Below are positions 19,800-28,525 of a DNA stretch of 64,000 nucleotides, piece after piece. The DNA lies in the NCBI GenBank assembly GCA_049642065.1, contig JBAROK010000047.1, forward strand, positions 15,143-79,142. Reading direction: 5' to 3'. Origin of the DNA: Candidatus Omnitrophota bacterium. Its GTDB lineage: Bacteria; Omnitrophota; Gorgyraeia; Tantalellales; Tantalellaceae. Under the pieces are notes generated by a model. It did no database searches, had not been told where the DNA came from, and saw only the letters and a list, made by a program, of their open reading frames with translations. A program made the position numbers and the translations under genes. Positions within the stretch are counted from its first letter, which is position 1, and the number at the start of each line of letters is the position of its first letter.

Positions 19800-20612
19800 A
19801 TGGATAAAAAAACGGTAGGGATCATTGGTTGCGGAGCAATAGGGACGGCTCTTGCAGAATACGCCTATAAAGAGATGTCCTCAAACATAGCCGGGATCGT
19901 TCTCCGTGATAAAGATGCCGAAAAAGCCGATATTCTATCAAAGAAGATACAGGAAGCTGAGATAACTGACAGTATAGATAACTTGGTCGAAAAAGCGGAT
20001 CTCGTTATTGAGGCGGCTTCTCCTGCTGTGGTAACTGAAGTTTTCAAAGCCGTTCTTGAGAAGAAGAAAGATATAATTGTTATGAGCATAGGTGGTCTTC
20101 TAGGTAACGAACACCTGCTTAGCTCTGCCAGAGAGAAAGGCGTAAGAGTTATCCTGCCTTCCGGGGCGATAGCGGGTATTGACGCCCTTAAGGCATCAAA
20201 GATCTCCGGCCTTGAAAGCGTGATGATAACCACACGTAAGGCGCCGCGTTCGATAAAAGGTGCTCCATATCTCGATGAAAAAGGTATCGATGTGGATTCT
20301 ATTAAGGAAGAGACGGTTATTTTCCAGGGGAATGCTCTTGAAGCTATTAAAGGGTTTCCGAAGAACGTGAACGTTTCAGCTCTTCTTTCCATTGCCGGTA
20401 TGGGCGGGGAGAAGACCAAGGTACGCATAATTGTATCACCCGAATATACCAAGAATTCTCACGAAGTCGAGATAGTAAGCAAGGCAGGCAGGGTGCTTAC
20501 CAGAACAGAAAACGTACCGTCACCTACAAATCCAAAAACCAGCTATCTTGCTGCTTTAGCTGGGATTACCTCTTTGCGGGACTATTTCAATACTGTTCGG
20601 ATAGGTACATAG
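19800..20612 (+). CDS. nadX: L-aspartate dehydrogenase
   Basis: GIIGCGAIG Rossmann; PSGAIAGID and NVPSPTNPKTS motifs closely match Thermotoga-type NadX as recalled. Confidence 0.75.
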   Translation: MDKKTVGIIGCGAIGTALAEYAYKEMSSNIAGIVLRDKDAEKADILSKKIQEAEITDSIDNLVEKADLVIEAASPAVVTEVFKAVLEKKKDIIVMSIGGLLGNEHLLSSAREKGVRVILPSGAIAGIDALKASKISGLESVMITTRKAPRSIKGAPYLDEKGIDVDSIKEETVIFQGNALEAIKGFPKNVNVSALLSIAGMGGEKTKVRIIVSPEYTKNSHEVEIVSKAGRVLTRTENVPSPTNPKTSYLAALAGITSLRDYFNTVRIGT

Positions 20613-20746
20613 GTATTAGGGGTTAGATCTCTGATATTTCCTTGACAGACCGGGCTCTTCATGTTAATTTATGCCTGACTTCTTGCAAAGTTGATTATAA
20701 TTATACAATTCCATAATAGAGTCTATTTAATATATAAGAAAGGCTT

Positions 20747-22438
20747 ATGTCACCACAACTTGTTTTTATGCTTATAGGAGGCCTCGGGCTGTTCTTTTTC
20801 GGCATGCAGACGATGACCGATGGGCTCAAAAAGATAGCCGGAGAACGTCTGAAGGGCATCCTGAACATGTTAACGAAGGTTCCCTTGATCGGCGTTCTTG
20901 TGGGAGCGGGAATAACATGTCTTATACAGTCTTCAAGCGCTACCACGGTAATGGTTGTAGGGTTCGTCAACGCGGGGCTTCTCTCGTTGAAGCAGGCCAT
21001 AGGCGTAGTGATGGGTGCCAACATCGGCACGACATTCACTGCGTGGTTAGTCTCTTTCACAGCCGTCTTTAAGATCACAAATTATGCGCTTCCCGCCGTA
21101 GGTATAGGTTTTGCCATTAAGACATTTGCTCGGACCAAGAACGGAAAGTTCTGGGGGCAGACCCTTGTGGGTTTCGGTCTTCTCTTTTTAGGGTTGGCGT
21201 TCATGAAAGACGCTTTTGAGCCCTTGAAGGATAGTCAGTATGTAAAAGACCTCTTCTTTAGTTTCAGTAAGAATCCGATCCTTGGGGTTTTTGTCGGTAT
21301 GCTTATCACTATGCTAATCCAGAGTTCCAGTGCCACGATAGCTATCGTGCAGGTCATGGCCTTTAGCGGCCTTATTAGTTTTTCTGCCGCTATTCCTCTT
21401 GTGTTGGGGGATGATATAGGAACGACTGTTACGGCACAACTCTCAGCTGTGGGCACTAATTTGCCGGCTAGGAGGGCGGCTATGTCACACACCTTGTTCA
21501 ATGTAATAGGTGTGGGATACATGCTTTTCTTTGTTTATAACGGATGGTTTGAAAAGGCGGTAAATTTCATTATTCCCGGCGAGATCACGCCTAAGAATAT
21601 TATGTTTCACATAGCCGTCGCCAACAGTCTCTTTAAGATCGTGAATGTCTCTGTTTTTCTGCCGTTCATCGGTTTGCTTGAAAAAGCGAGTATCTTTCTT
21701 GTTCCTAAGAAGCCGGGAATGATTGAAATGGGACCGCAATATCTGGAAAAACATCTTCTTGAAACACCGCCGATAGCAATGGAACAGGCCAGGAAAGAGA
21801 CCGTTCGTATGATAGGGCTTGCAAGTAGATCTGTTTCGAGCGCTGTGGAGAGTTTTCTTGAAAATGACTTGAATGCCCTGAAACCGGTTTCTCGGCTGGA
21901 ACAGGCAGTTGACAATCTCCAGTCGGCTATTACAGGATATTTAGTCGACCTTTCCCAGCAAGATCTTGCTCCTGAAGTTTCACAGGAACTTCCTGTTTTG
22001 ATCCATAATGTCAATGATATAGAACGAATAGGGGATCATGCCGAGAATATAGGAGAACTTGCCGAACGCAAAATTGAGAAAAAACTCCCATTCACTAGCG
22101 ACGCCATTAGCGAATTGGCATTGATGTGGAACGAGCTTAACAGCATGATGACAGAAACCGAAGAAGCTCTGAAGAAGAACGATTCACAGGTAGCCGAAAA
22201 CGTTTTGAGAAGAGAACAGCGGATAAATAAGTTCCAGGAAGACCTGAAAAAATCGCATGTGAACCGTCTCAATTACGGGGAATGCGATCTTAAATCGGGG
22301 ATACTTTTCATGGATTTTGTGGATAATCTCGAAAAGATAGGCGATCACCTCACTAATATAGCCCAGGGAGTTATTGGGGAGATGAGGTGGAGAGGTTACC
22401 AGAGTGCTGCGATGGCAGCCGAGAACGATTCTGAATAA
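20747..22438 (+). CDS. Na+/phosphate cotransporter (NptA family) with C-terminal PhoU-like domains
   Basis: Repeated QSSSAT motifs in TM region, cytoplasmic C-terminal helical PhoU-like repeats. Confidence 0.75.
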   Translation: MSPQLVFMLIGGLGLFFFGMQTMTDGLKKIAGERLKGILNMLTKVPLIGVLVGAGITCLIQSSSATTVMVVGFVNAGLLSLKQAIGVVMGANIGTTFTAWLVSFTAVFKITNYALPAVGIGFAIKTFARTKNGKFWGQTLVGFGLLFLGLAFMKDAFEPLKDSQYVKDLFFSFSKNPILGVFVGMLITMLIQSSSATIAIVQVMAFSGLISFSAAIPLVLGDDIGTTVTAQLSAVGTNLPARRAAMSHTLFNVIGVGYMLFFVYNGWFEKAVNFIIPGEITPKNIMFHIAVANSLFKIVNVSVFLPFIGLLEKASIFLVPKKPGMIEMGPQYLEKHLLETPPIAMEQARKETVRMIGLASRSVSSAVESFLENDLNALKPVSRLEQAVDNLQSAITGYLVDLSQQDLAPEVSQELPVLIHNVNDIERIGDHAENIGELAERKIEKKLPFTSDAISELALMWNELNSMMTETEEALKKNDSQVAENVLRREQRINKFQEDLKKSHVNRLNYGECDLKSGILFMDFVDNLEKIGDHLTNIAQGVIGEMRWRGYQSAAMAAENDSE

Positions 22439-22689
22439 ACTGTTAAATTCTGCCGTTACTAGTATAATAATCATTTCTATATTTATATGTTTTCATTTGT
22501 CTAAAGCTACTTTTATATGCTATAATTCCCTATAAGCTTGTATTTAAAGAATTTAAAAAGCGGCTGTAGGCAGATGAAAATATTCACGCAAACCTTCAAA
22601 AATACCGCGTATTCATACCTGTACACATCAGGTTCTGATAGTTCATTTCTTTTTGTAGAAAAATTCCTAAATTCTAGAGGTGATTTAAA

Positions 22690-23088
22690 ATGAGGAGCTC
22701 TAAAAAAGGTTTTACTTTGATCGAGCTGATGATAGTCTCCTCGGTATACATCGGCATCATCGTTGCGATCTGGGGAGTACTTTTGGGTGCTTTGAACCAT
22801 GCGGCCATGGCCAGAGAGGTTACGGTAGCTACAGATGACCTTAAAGACGTTATGGAAAGGGTCAGGAGTATCTCTTTTCCGGATCTTACCACTGAATATC
22901 CGCATAATGGTACGGTAAATGCGGCGGATATAGGAGGGTTTATCTTGCCGGATGAGACGATAAGGGTTAGGTACCCTCAAGGGACCGGTGCTGATCCGTT
23001 GGAGGTAGAGGTTGAAGTTACATGGACCAGTAAGAATGGTCAGACGGTTTCTAGGATAATCAAAACGATTAGGACTAGGAGACTATGA
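22690..23088 (+). CDS. Prepilin-type N-terminal cleavage/methylation domain protein (minor pilin / pseudopilin)
   Basis: KKGFTLIELMIV class-III signal (G|FTLIE) followed by hydrophobic helix. Confidence 0.7.
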   Translation: MRSSKKGFTLIELMIVSSVYIGIIVAIWGVLLGALNHAAMAREVTVATDDLKDVMERVRSISFPDLTTEYPHNGTVNAADIGGFILPDETIRVRYPQGTGADPLEVEVEVTWTSKNGQTVSRIIKTIRTRRL

Positions 23089-23651
23089 AGAATAATAATA
23101 AGGGCTTTAGTCTAGTAGAAGTATTAATAGTATCGTTTTTCTTGGTACTGCTTGTTGTGGCGGTGGTTACTTCCGGTGTCGAGATGCGGTCGGTATTCCA
23201 GGCTACCGGCACTTCGGCAACTCTTCAGCAGGAAGCCAGAATAGCCCTGAACGTGATAATAAGTGATCTTAGGGGTTCTTCCATGTCAGTGATTAATATC
23301 ACAGAGGACTCACCTGCTTCCGGTTTTGATAAGATAACCTATAAAATACCGCTGGACGTGAATGATGACGGTGTGCCGGACCTTGTGGCTGGCAATGTTA
23401 CGTGGGACTCGCAATATTATACCGTCGAAGCTCAATCAGATGGCAGTGATTACGATCTCGTAAAATATAAACTATGGGAGTCTCCGGAGGTTATAAGCGA
23501 GAACATCAAGAGTATAACTTTCGAGGACTCTACTGACGATACTTCCCTATACCCTACCGAGGTTAGGATCACATTAGAACTAGAAAAAATAGATGGCGAT
23601 GGCAGGGTCAACAGTATAGTTCTTAAATCAACCGTGAATACGCGGATATAA
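23085..23651 (+). CDS. Prepilin-type pseudopilin (PilW/GspJ-like)
   Basis: NKGFSLVEVLIV class-III signal; QQEARIALNVIISDLRG resembles GspJ/PilW; 4-bp overlap with upstream gene. Confidence 0.65.
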   Translation: MKNNNKGFSLVEVLIVSFFLVLLVVAVVTSGVEMRSVFQATGTSATLQQEARIALNVIISDLRGSSMSVINITEDSPASGFDKITYKIPLDVNDDGVPDLVAGNVTWDSQYYTVEAQSDGSDYDLVKYKLWESPEVISENIKSITFEDSTDDTSLYPTEVRITLELEKIDGDGRVNSIVLKSTVNTRI

Positions 23652-25378
23652 TGATGCGCCAGTTTTCCATAAAGAACCAAAAGGGAATAGTTATGATCAC
23701 CGCTTACATGATCATAGCTGCCTTATCTATTCTTGCCGCGGCTACGATAAAGATAGCCACAACAGAATATAATTTCGCAAAAAGATATTTTCTCACTACA
23801 AAAGCCTATTATCTCGCCGAGGCGGGAATAGATAGTACTTCATATCTTTTGGCTAGCAAGGTTGCTAATTATGAGTCTGAACCGTCGGGATCCAATGACG
23901 AGTGGACCGATCTTTGCACCTCGACCAGCGATTTTTTATCCACGGGTTTTGATATAGATACAACGTGCGTTACACTGGATCTTGATCATGCCGGGAGCGA
24001 TCCGACGACAAGAGAAAGACATTACCAGATATATACGACAGCGACAGATCCGATCACGGGGGTAGAAACTACTGTGAACCAGGTGGTCATAAGACGCAAA
24101 TCGTATACTTTCCAGCATGCCATATTTTACGCGGGTGACCTTGAGCTTCTCCCCGGACAGAATATGCTTCTTACCGGTAAGCTTCATTCGAACAACAATA
24201 TTTATATCGCATCGGACGGGTCTACCCTTACGGTAGATAGTGATTATCTCCATTCCGCCGGAAAAGTTTACAATATGCGGAAAGATAAAGAGGGTGGCGC
24301 TTCCGGTACTGTAGAGATAAAGATAGACGGTTCTTCAAGTTATGCCAAGATGCTTGAATCTGGGGATGGATCACCGCTGGATTCCAGGAGAAGCGATTGG
24401 GCGACTGAATCACAAGTCAGGTGGAACGGAACGGTTAAGAGCAGTATTCACGGTGTTACGGAAAAAGCGGTTCCGGAACCGCAATCTACTGCATCTGATG
24501 GTTTTTATGCCAATAATGCTGCTGTCAAGGTGATAAACGGCGCGGCATATGAAGGCGGATCAGAACTGATAGAGGGGACAGATATACCTTATGGAACGGT
24601 TGCAACAAGTACGACGTTTCACAATTACAGGGAGAATAAAGATATAAGAATGACAGATATTGATATTGAAAGGCTTGCCGGTTGGTGTGATGTGGATAGT
24701 GAAGGAGAAGAAGTTCCGCCCGGAGGTGATTATTCTACGGTTGTGGGGAAGGAACAGCTTTACCCAAACCATCTTCCGAATAACGGGCTTCTTTACGCTA
24801 CGAGGAACGATACACCGTCCGACCAGCAGCCGGGTATACGTCTCTTGAACGGAACTGAGATACATAGATCGGATGGGCTTACAGTGGTCAGTAACGATCC
24901 CGCGTATGTACAGGGAGATTATAATAACGTGAACAAGAAATCGGCGTCTGTTTTTGCGGATGCGGTCAATATAATTTCCAACAACTGGGACGATGCGAAT
25001 AGTAGTGGCGATAAAAGCGGCAGAACAGCCACGACAACTACGGTGAACGCGGCGTTCATAGCTGGAGTAAACGCAACAGATTGGGGAAATTATTCTGGGG
25101 GTTTAGAGAACTATCCGCGGTTACACGAAAACTGGGCCGGGATAACACTTACGATAAGGGGCGCTTTCGTATCCCTGTGGGATGCTCAGATAGCGACAGG
25201 CGATTGGAAGAATTCGAGCTATGATGCGCCTATCAGGAACTGGGACTGGGATACGGATTTCGGTAGTCTTGATAATTTGCCGACATTTACACCATATGCA
25301 GTTGAAATAGACAGGCGAGCCAGCTGGGAAGGCGATCTTGGTGAAGCTTCGTATATTGAAGGAGAATATACAGGATAA
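23651..25378 (+). CDS. Large PilX-N-domain minor-pilin-like protein (putative pilus tip/adhesin component), paralog 1
   Basis: N-terminus QKGIVMITAYMIIAALSILAAATIKIATTEYNFAKRYF matches PilX N-terminal pattern (hydrophobic helix...T.E....); 575 aa; 1-bp overlap with upstream stop. Confidence 0.5.
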   Translation: MMRQFSIKNQKGIVMITAYMIIAALSILAAATIKIATTEYNFAKRYFLTTKAYYLAEAGIDSTSYLLASKVANYESEPSGSNDEWTDLCTSTSDFLSTGFDIDTTCVTLDLDHAGSDPTTRERHYQIYTTATDPITGVETTVNQVVIRRKSYTFQHAIFYAGDLELLPGQNMLLTGKLHSNNNIYIASDGSTLTVDSDYLHSAGKVYNMRKDKEGGASGTVEIKIDGSSSYAKMLESGDGSPLDSRRSDWATESQVRWNGTVKSSIHGVTEKAVPEPQSTASDGFYANNAAVKVINGAAYEGGSELIEGTDIPYGTVATSTTFHNYRENKDIRMTDIDIERLAGWCDVDSEGEEVPPGGDYSTVVGKEQLYPNHLPNNGLLYATRNDTPSDQQPGIRLLNGTEIHRSDGLTVVSNDPAYVQGDYNNVNKKSASVFADAVNIISNNWDDANSSGDKSGRTATTTTVNAAFIAGVNATDWGNYSGGLENYPRLHENWAGITLTIRGAFVSLWDAQIATGDWKNSSYDAPIRNWDWDTDFGSLDNLPTFTPYAVEIDRRASWEGDLGEASYIEGEYTG

Positions 25379-25380
25379 AG

Positions 25381-27177
25381 ATGAACGGTAGGATAACTTT
25401 TTTACGGAATCAAAAAGGGCTTATGATGATCACCGCTTACATGATCATCGCGGCTATGTCAGTGTTTGCTGCTGCTGCCATAAAGATGGCGACTACCGAA
25501 TATAATTTTGCAAGAAGGTATTTTCTTTCTACGAAGACATATTACCTGGCGGAAGCGGCTGCCGAGGAAGTCGCATTCGACCTGGCGGATAAAATTGCCA
25601 GTGAAACTGAACCTACCTATGATCCCGAGACGCCTACGCGTTGGGAAGATCTTTGCCTTGATGTTAGTGACTATCTGTCTACGGGGTATAATATGAAATC
25701 CGTGTGTGTTGTTATAGACGAAGACCACCAGAGCGTTACGTCTACCGCGCGTGAGAGACATTATCAGCTCTCGGCAACTGTTACGGATCCGGAAACCGGC
25801 GTTACCAGTACGATCAATTACTTAGTACTGAGGAGAAAGACCTACGTGTTCCAGCACGCTATATTCTATGCTGATGATCTTGAGGTCCTTCCAGGCTCCA
25901 ATATGACATTATCGGGTGATATACATTCTAACTTGGATATTTATATGAGCACGTCGGCTACACTGAGAATAGACGCAGATCATGTGAATGCTGCAGGAAA
26001 TATATACAACAGGCGAAAAGACAGCAATAACACCGATGGTGGTATAGTCGAGATGCTCAAAATGGGTACTGACGATACCTTTCGTCACATGAAGTACTGG
26101 TGGGAAACGTCTCCGCTTGATTCCAGAAGGAGTGACTGGGGTGCTAGCTCACTGAGCAGGTGGGGAGATGGATTGAACGGGACGGTAAAAAGCGGAGTGC
26201 ATGGAATCACTGCAAAAGCTGTTGCGGATATATATTCGATCCAGCCTGATGGATATTATGCGACCAGCGCCGATGTGAAGGCCGTGAATGGGGAACTCTA
26301 CGATGGGGGAACCACGCTGACAGAAGTCGCTTATGCGGACCATAACGAAGATGGGAGTATTAATGCCTCGGATTTTGGGCCCAACGATATACCCGAGGGC
26401 ACTATAAACACTACCACCACGTTCTACAATTACAGGGAACGAAAATATATTAAGATGACTGATATCGATATTAGAAAACTTTCAGGTTATGTGCAGGGAG
26501 TGGATGGTGAGGGTAATCCGCTTGTAGACGGTGAAGGTAATCCGGTATACGTACAGCATTACAGCAGCCATCTTCCTTCGAACGGGCTTATGTATGCTAC
26601 AAGGAACGATGCCGAGTCATTTGAGCAGCCCGGGATAAGGGTGGTAAACGGAGCTCAAATAGATAACGCCAGCGGCCTGACCCTGGTCACTAACGACCCG
26701 GCGTATATACAAGGGGATTTCAATGCTGTGAACAAGAAACCTGTGGCTGTTATCAGCGATGCACTGAACATAGTATCCAACAACTGGTCTGACGCTAATA
26801 GTGACATGGGGCTGAATGACAGGCTTGCGGTTAATACCGAGGTTAACGCCGCGTTTATTTCAGGTGCTGATGCTACGTCAGGCAGTACATATGGTGGTGG
26901 GCTAGAAAACTATCCGCGTCTTCACGAAAACTGGAGCGGAGATGTCCTTACCATAAGGGGTTCTTTCGTCAACCTGTGGGATTGTCAGATAGCTGAAGGG
27001 TCTTGGGGACAGTCCTCTTACAATGCGCCTGTCAGGAACTGGGACTACGACTCCGATTTCTCGGATGTTGCGGATCTTCCGGGATTTACCCCCCAGGTGG
27101 TAGGCGTTGAAAAGGTAGCCAGCTGGTCCGGGGATTATTCCAGTATATATTCTGAGGAATATTCTACAGTTCCTTAA
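25381..27177 (+). CDS. Large PilX-N-domain minor-pilin-like protein, tandem paralog 2
   Basis: Colinear with the upstream gene (shared N-terminus, TY.FQHAIFYA.DLE.LPG, GLENYPRLHENW..LTIRG.FV.LWD.QIA.G.W..SSY.AP.RNWD C-terminal module) with divergent middle. Confidence 0.5.
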   Translation: MNGRITFLRNQKGLMMITAYMIIAAMSVFAAAAIKMATTEYNFARRYFLSTKTYYLAEAAAEEVAFDLADKIASETEPTYDPETPTRWEDLCLDVSDYLSTGYNMKSVCVVIDEDHQSVTSTARERHYQLSATVTDPETGVTSTINYLVLRRKTYVFQHAIFYADDLEVLPGSNMTLSGDIHSNLDIYMSTSATLRIDADHVNAAGNIYNRRKDSNNTDGGIVEMLKMGTDDTFRHMKYWWETSPLDSRRSDWGASSLSRWGDGLNGTVKSGVHGITAKAVADIYSIQPDGYYATSADVKAVNGELYDGGTTLTEVAYADHNEDGSINASDFGPNDIPEGTINTTTTFYNYRERKYIKMTDIDIRKLSGYVQGVDGEGNPLVDGEGNPVYVQHYSSHLPSNGLMYATRNDAESFEQPGIRVVNGAQIDNASGLTLVTNDPAYIQGDFNAVNKKPVAVISDALNIVSNNWSDANSDMGLNDRLAVNTEVNAAFISGADATSGSTYGGGLENYPRLHENWSGDVLTIRGSFVNLWDCQIAEGSWGQSSYNAPVRNWDYDSDFSDVADLPGFTPQVVGVEKVASWSGDYSSIYSEEYSTVP

Positions 27178-27228
27178 AGTTCTAGTAATACCTTAAATTT
27201 TCCTTATTTTCCCCAGTAATAGTCTCTC

Positions 27229-27257
27229 TTGACAAACAGGGCGCACTTATGTATCAT
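27229..27257 (+). promoter_or_regulatory. Sigma-70-like promoter TTGACA-N17-TATCAT
   Basis: Consensus hexamers read directly, upstream of the IMPDH-family gene. Confidence 0.4.
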
Positions 27258-27281
27258 ACTTCTAACATTTTTTAAATCCAT

Positions 27282-27296
27282 TATATATATATATAT
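27282..27296 (+). repeat. (TA)7 dinucleotide repeat in the leader of the IMPDH-family gene
   Basis: tatatatatatatat read directly between -10 and RBS. Confidence 0.8.
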
Positions 27297-27316
27297 TGGA
27301 AATATAGGAGGAAACT

Positions 27317-28477
27317 ATGGGAATGTGGGTCGGAATAGGCAGAAAAGCCAGGCGCAGTTATGGTTTTGACGAAGTGGCATTAGTACCTGGAGAATTTACC
27401 ATAAACCCTAACGACGTGGATACTTCCTGCGAGATCGGCGGTATAAAGTTCCAGGCTCCCATAATGGCTTCTTCCATGGATGGCGTTGTGGATGTTGATT
27501 TCGCCATTGCTATGGGCAAGCTGGGAGGCGTAGCGGTACTTCATCTTGAAGGCGTTTCCACCAGATACGATAACCCCGAAGAAGCGGTAAAGAAAATAAT
27601 AACCTGTGATGCCAAAAAAACTACCCAGGTCATACAGGACGTCTACGCGGCCCCCATCAAGAAAGAGCTCATAACGAAAAGAGTTAAGGAAATTAAAGCA
27701 GCCGGTGTGCCTGTAATAGTTAGCTGTAATCCTCAGGTTGCCGGAGAGTTCGGCCCCATAGCCAGGGACGCAGGTGCCGATATATTCATTATCCAGTCCA
27801 CGGTAATAAGCGTTAAACACGAATCGAGCGAATACGAACCGCTTGACCTTCACAAGTTCTGTGAAGAGATGAAGATACCGGTACTTTTCGGTAACTGCGT
27901 GGATTATAACGTTTCTATAGCTCTTATGGAAACGGGTTGCCAGGGTATATTCGTTGGTATAGGTCCCGGGACCGCGTGCACATCACGCGGTGTGCTTGGT
28001 ATAGGTGTGCCGCAGATAACAGCTACCTGTGACTGCGCAGCGGCAAGAGATTTTTATTATAAGAAAACTGGTAGGTACGTACCGGTTATAACCGATGGCG
28101 GCATGGCCACTGGTGGCGACGTATGTAAAGCGTTCGCCGCAGGGGCGGATGCCGTTATGCTCGGTAACGCTTTTGCCAGGGCGACAGAATCTCCCGGTAA
28201 AGGTTATCACTGGGGTATGGCGATGCCGCATCCTTCGCTTCCCAGGGGTACCCGTATACAGGTAGGCACCACGGGTACGCTTGAAGAGATACTGTATGGT
28301 CCTGCCAGGCTAGACGACGGCACACAGAACCTCGTCGGCGCTCTCGCGACAAGTATGGGTAACCTCGGCGCACGCAATATACGCGAGATGCAGCTTGTGA
28401 ACATGATCATAGCTCCTTCCATCCAGACGGAAGGGAAGGTCTATCAGACCGCTCAGCGCGTCGGAATGAAGAAATAA
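27317..28477 (+). CDS. IMP dehydrogenase-family protein lacking CBS domains (GuaB3-like)
   Basis: FDEVALVPGE, IMASSMDGV, catalytic-loop GIGPGTACTSRGVLGIGVPQITA; 386 aa with no CBS insert. Confidence 0.7.
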   Translation: MGMWVGIGRKARRSYGFDEVALVPGEFTINPNDVDTSCEIGGIKFQAPIMASSMDGVVDVDFAIAMGKLGGVAVLHLEGVSTRYDNPEEAVKKIITCDAKKTTQVIQDVYAAPIKKELITKRVKEIKAAGVPVIVSCNPQVAGEFGPIARDAGADIFIIQSTVISVKHESSEYEPLDLHKFCEEMKIPVLFGNCVDYNVSIALMETGCQGIFVGIGPGTACTSRGVLGIGVPQITATCDCAAARDFYYKKTGRYVPVITDGGMATGGDVCKAFAAGADAVMLGNAFARATESPGKGYHWGMAMPHPSLPRGTRIQVGTTGTLEEILYGPARLDDGTQNLVGALATSMGNLGARNIREMQLVNMIIAPSIQTEGKVYQTAQRVGMKK

Positions 28478-28525
28478 CAAGAGAAGTTGTACCTCTAACC
28501 TCCGATACAACAAACCGCACGGAAC

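Noticed and set aside
27282-27296. CRISPR-like or other interspersed repeat arrays
   Set aside because: I found only a simple (TA)7 tract and isolated palindromes. There are no regularly spaced direct repeats with spacers anywhere in the window.
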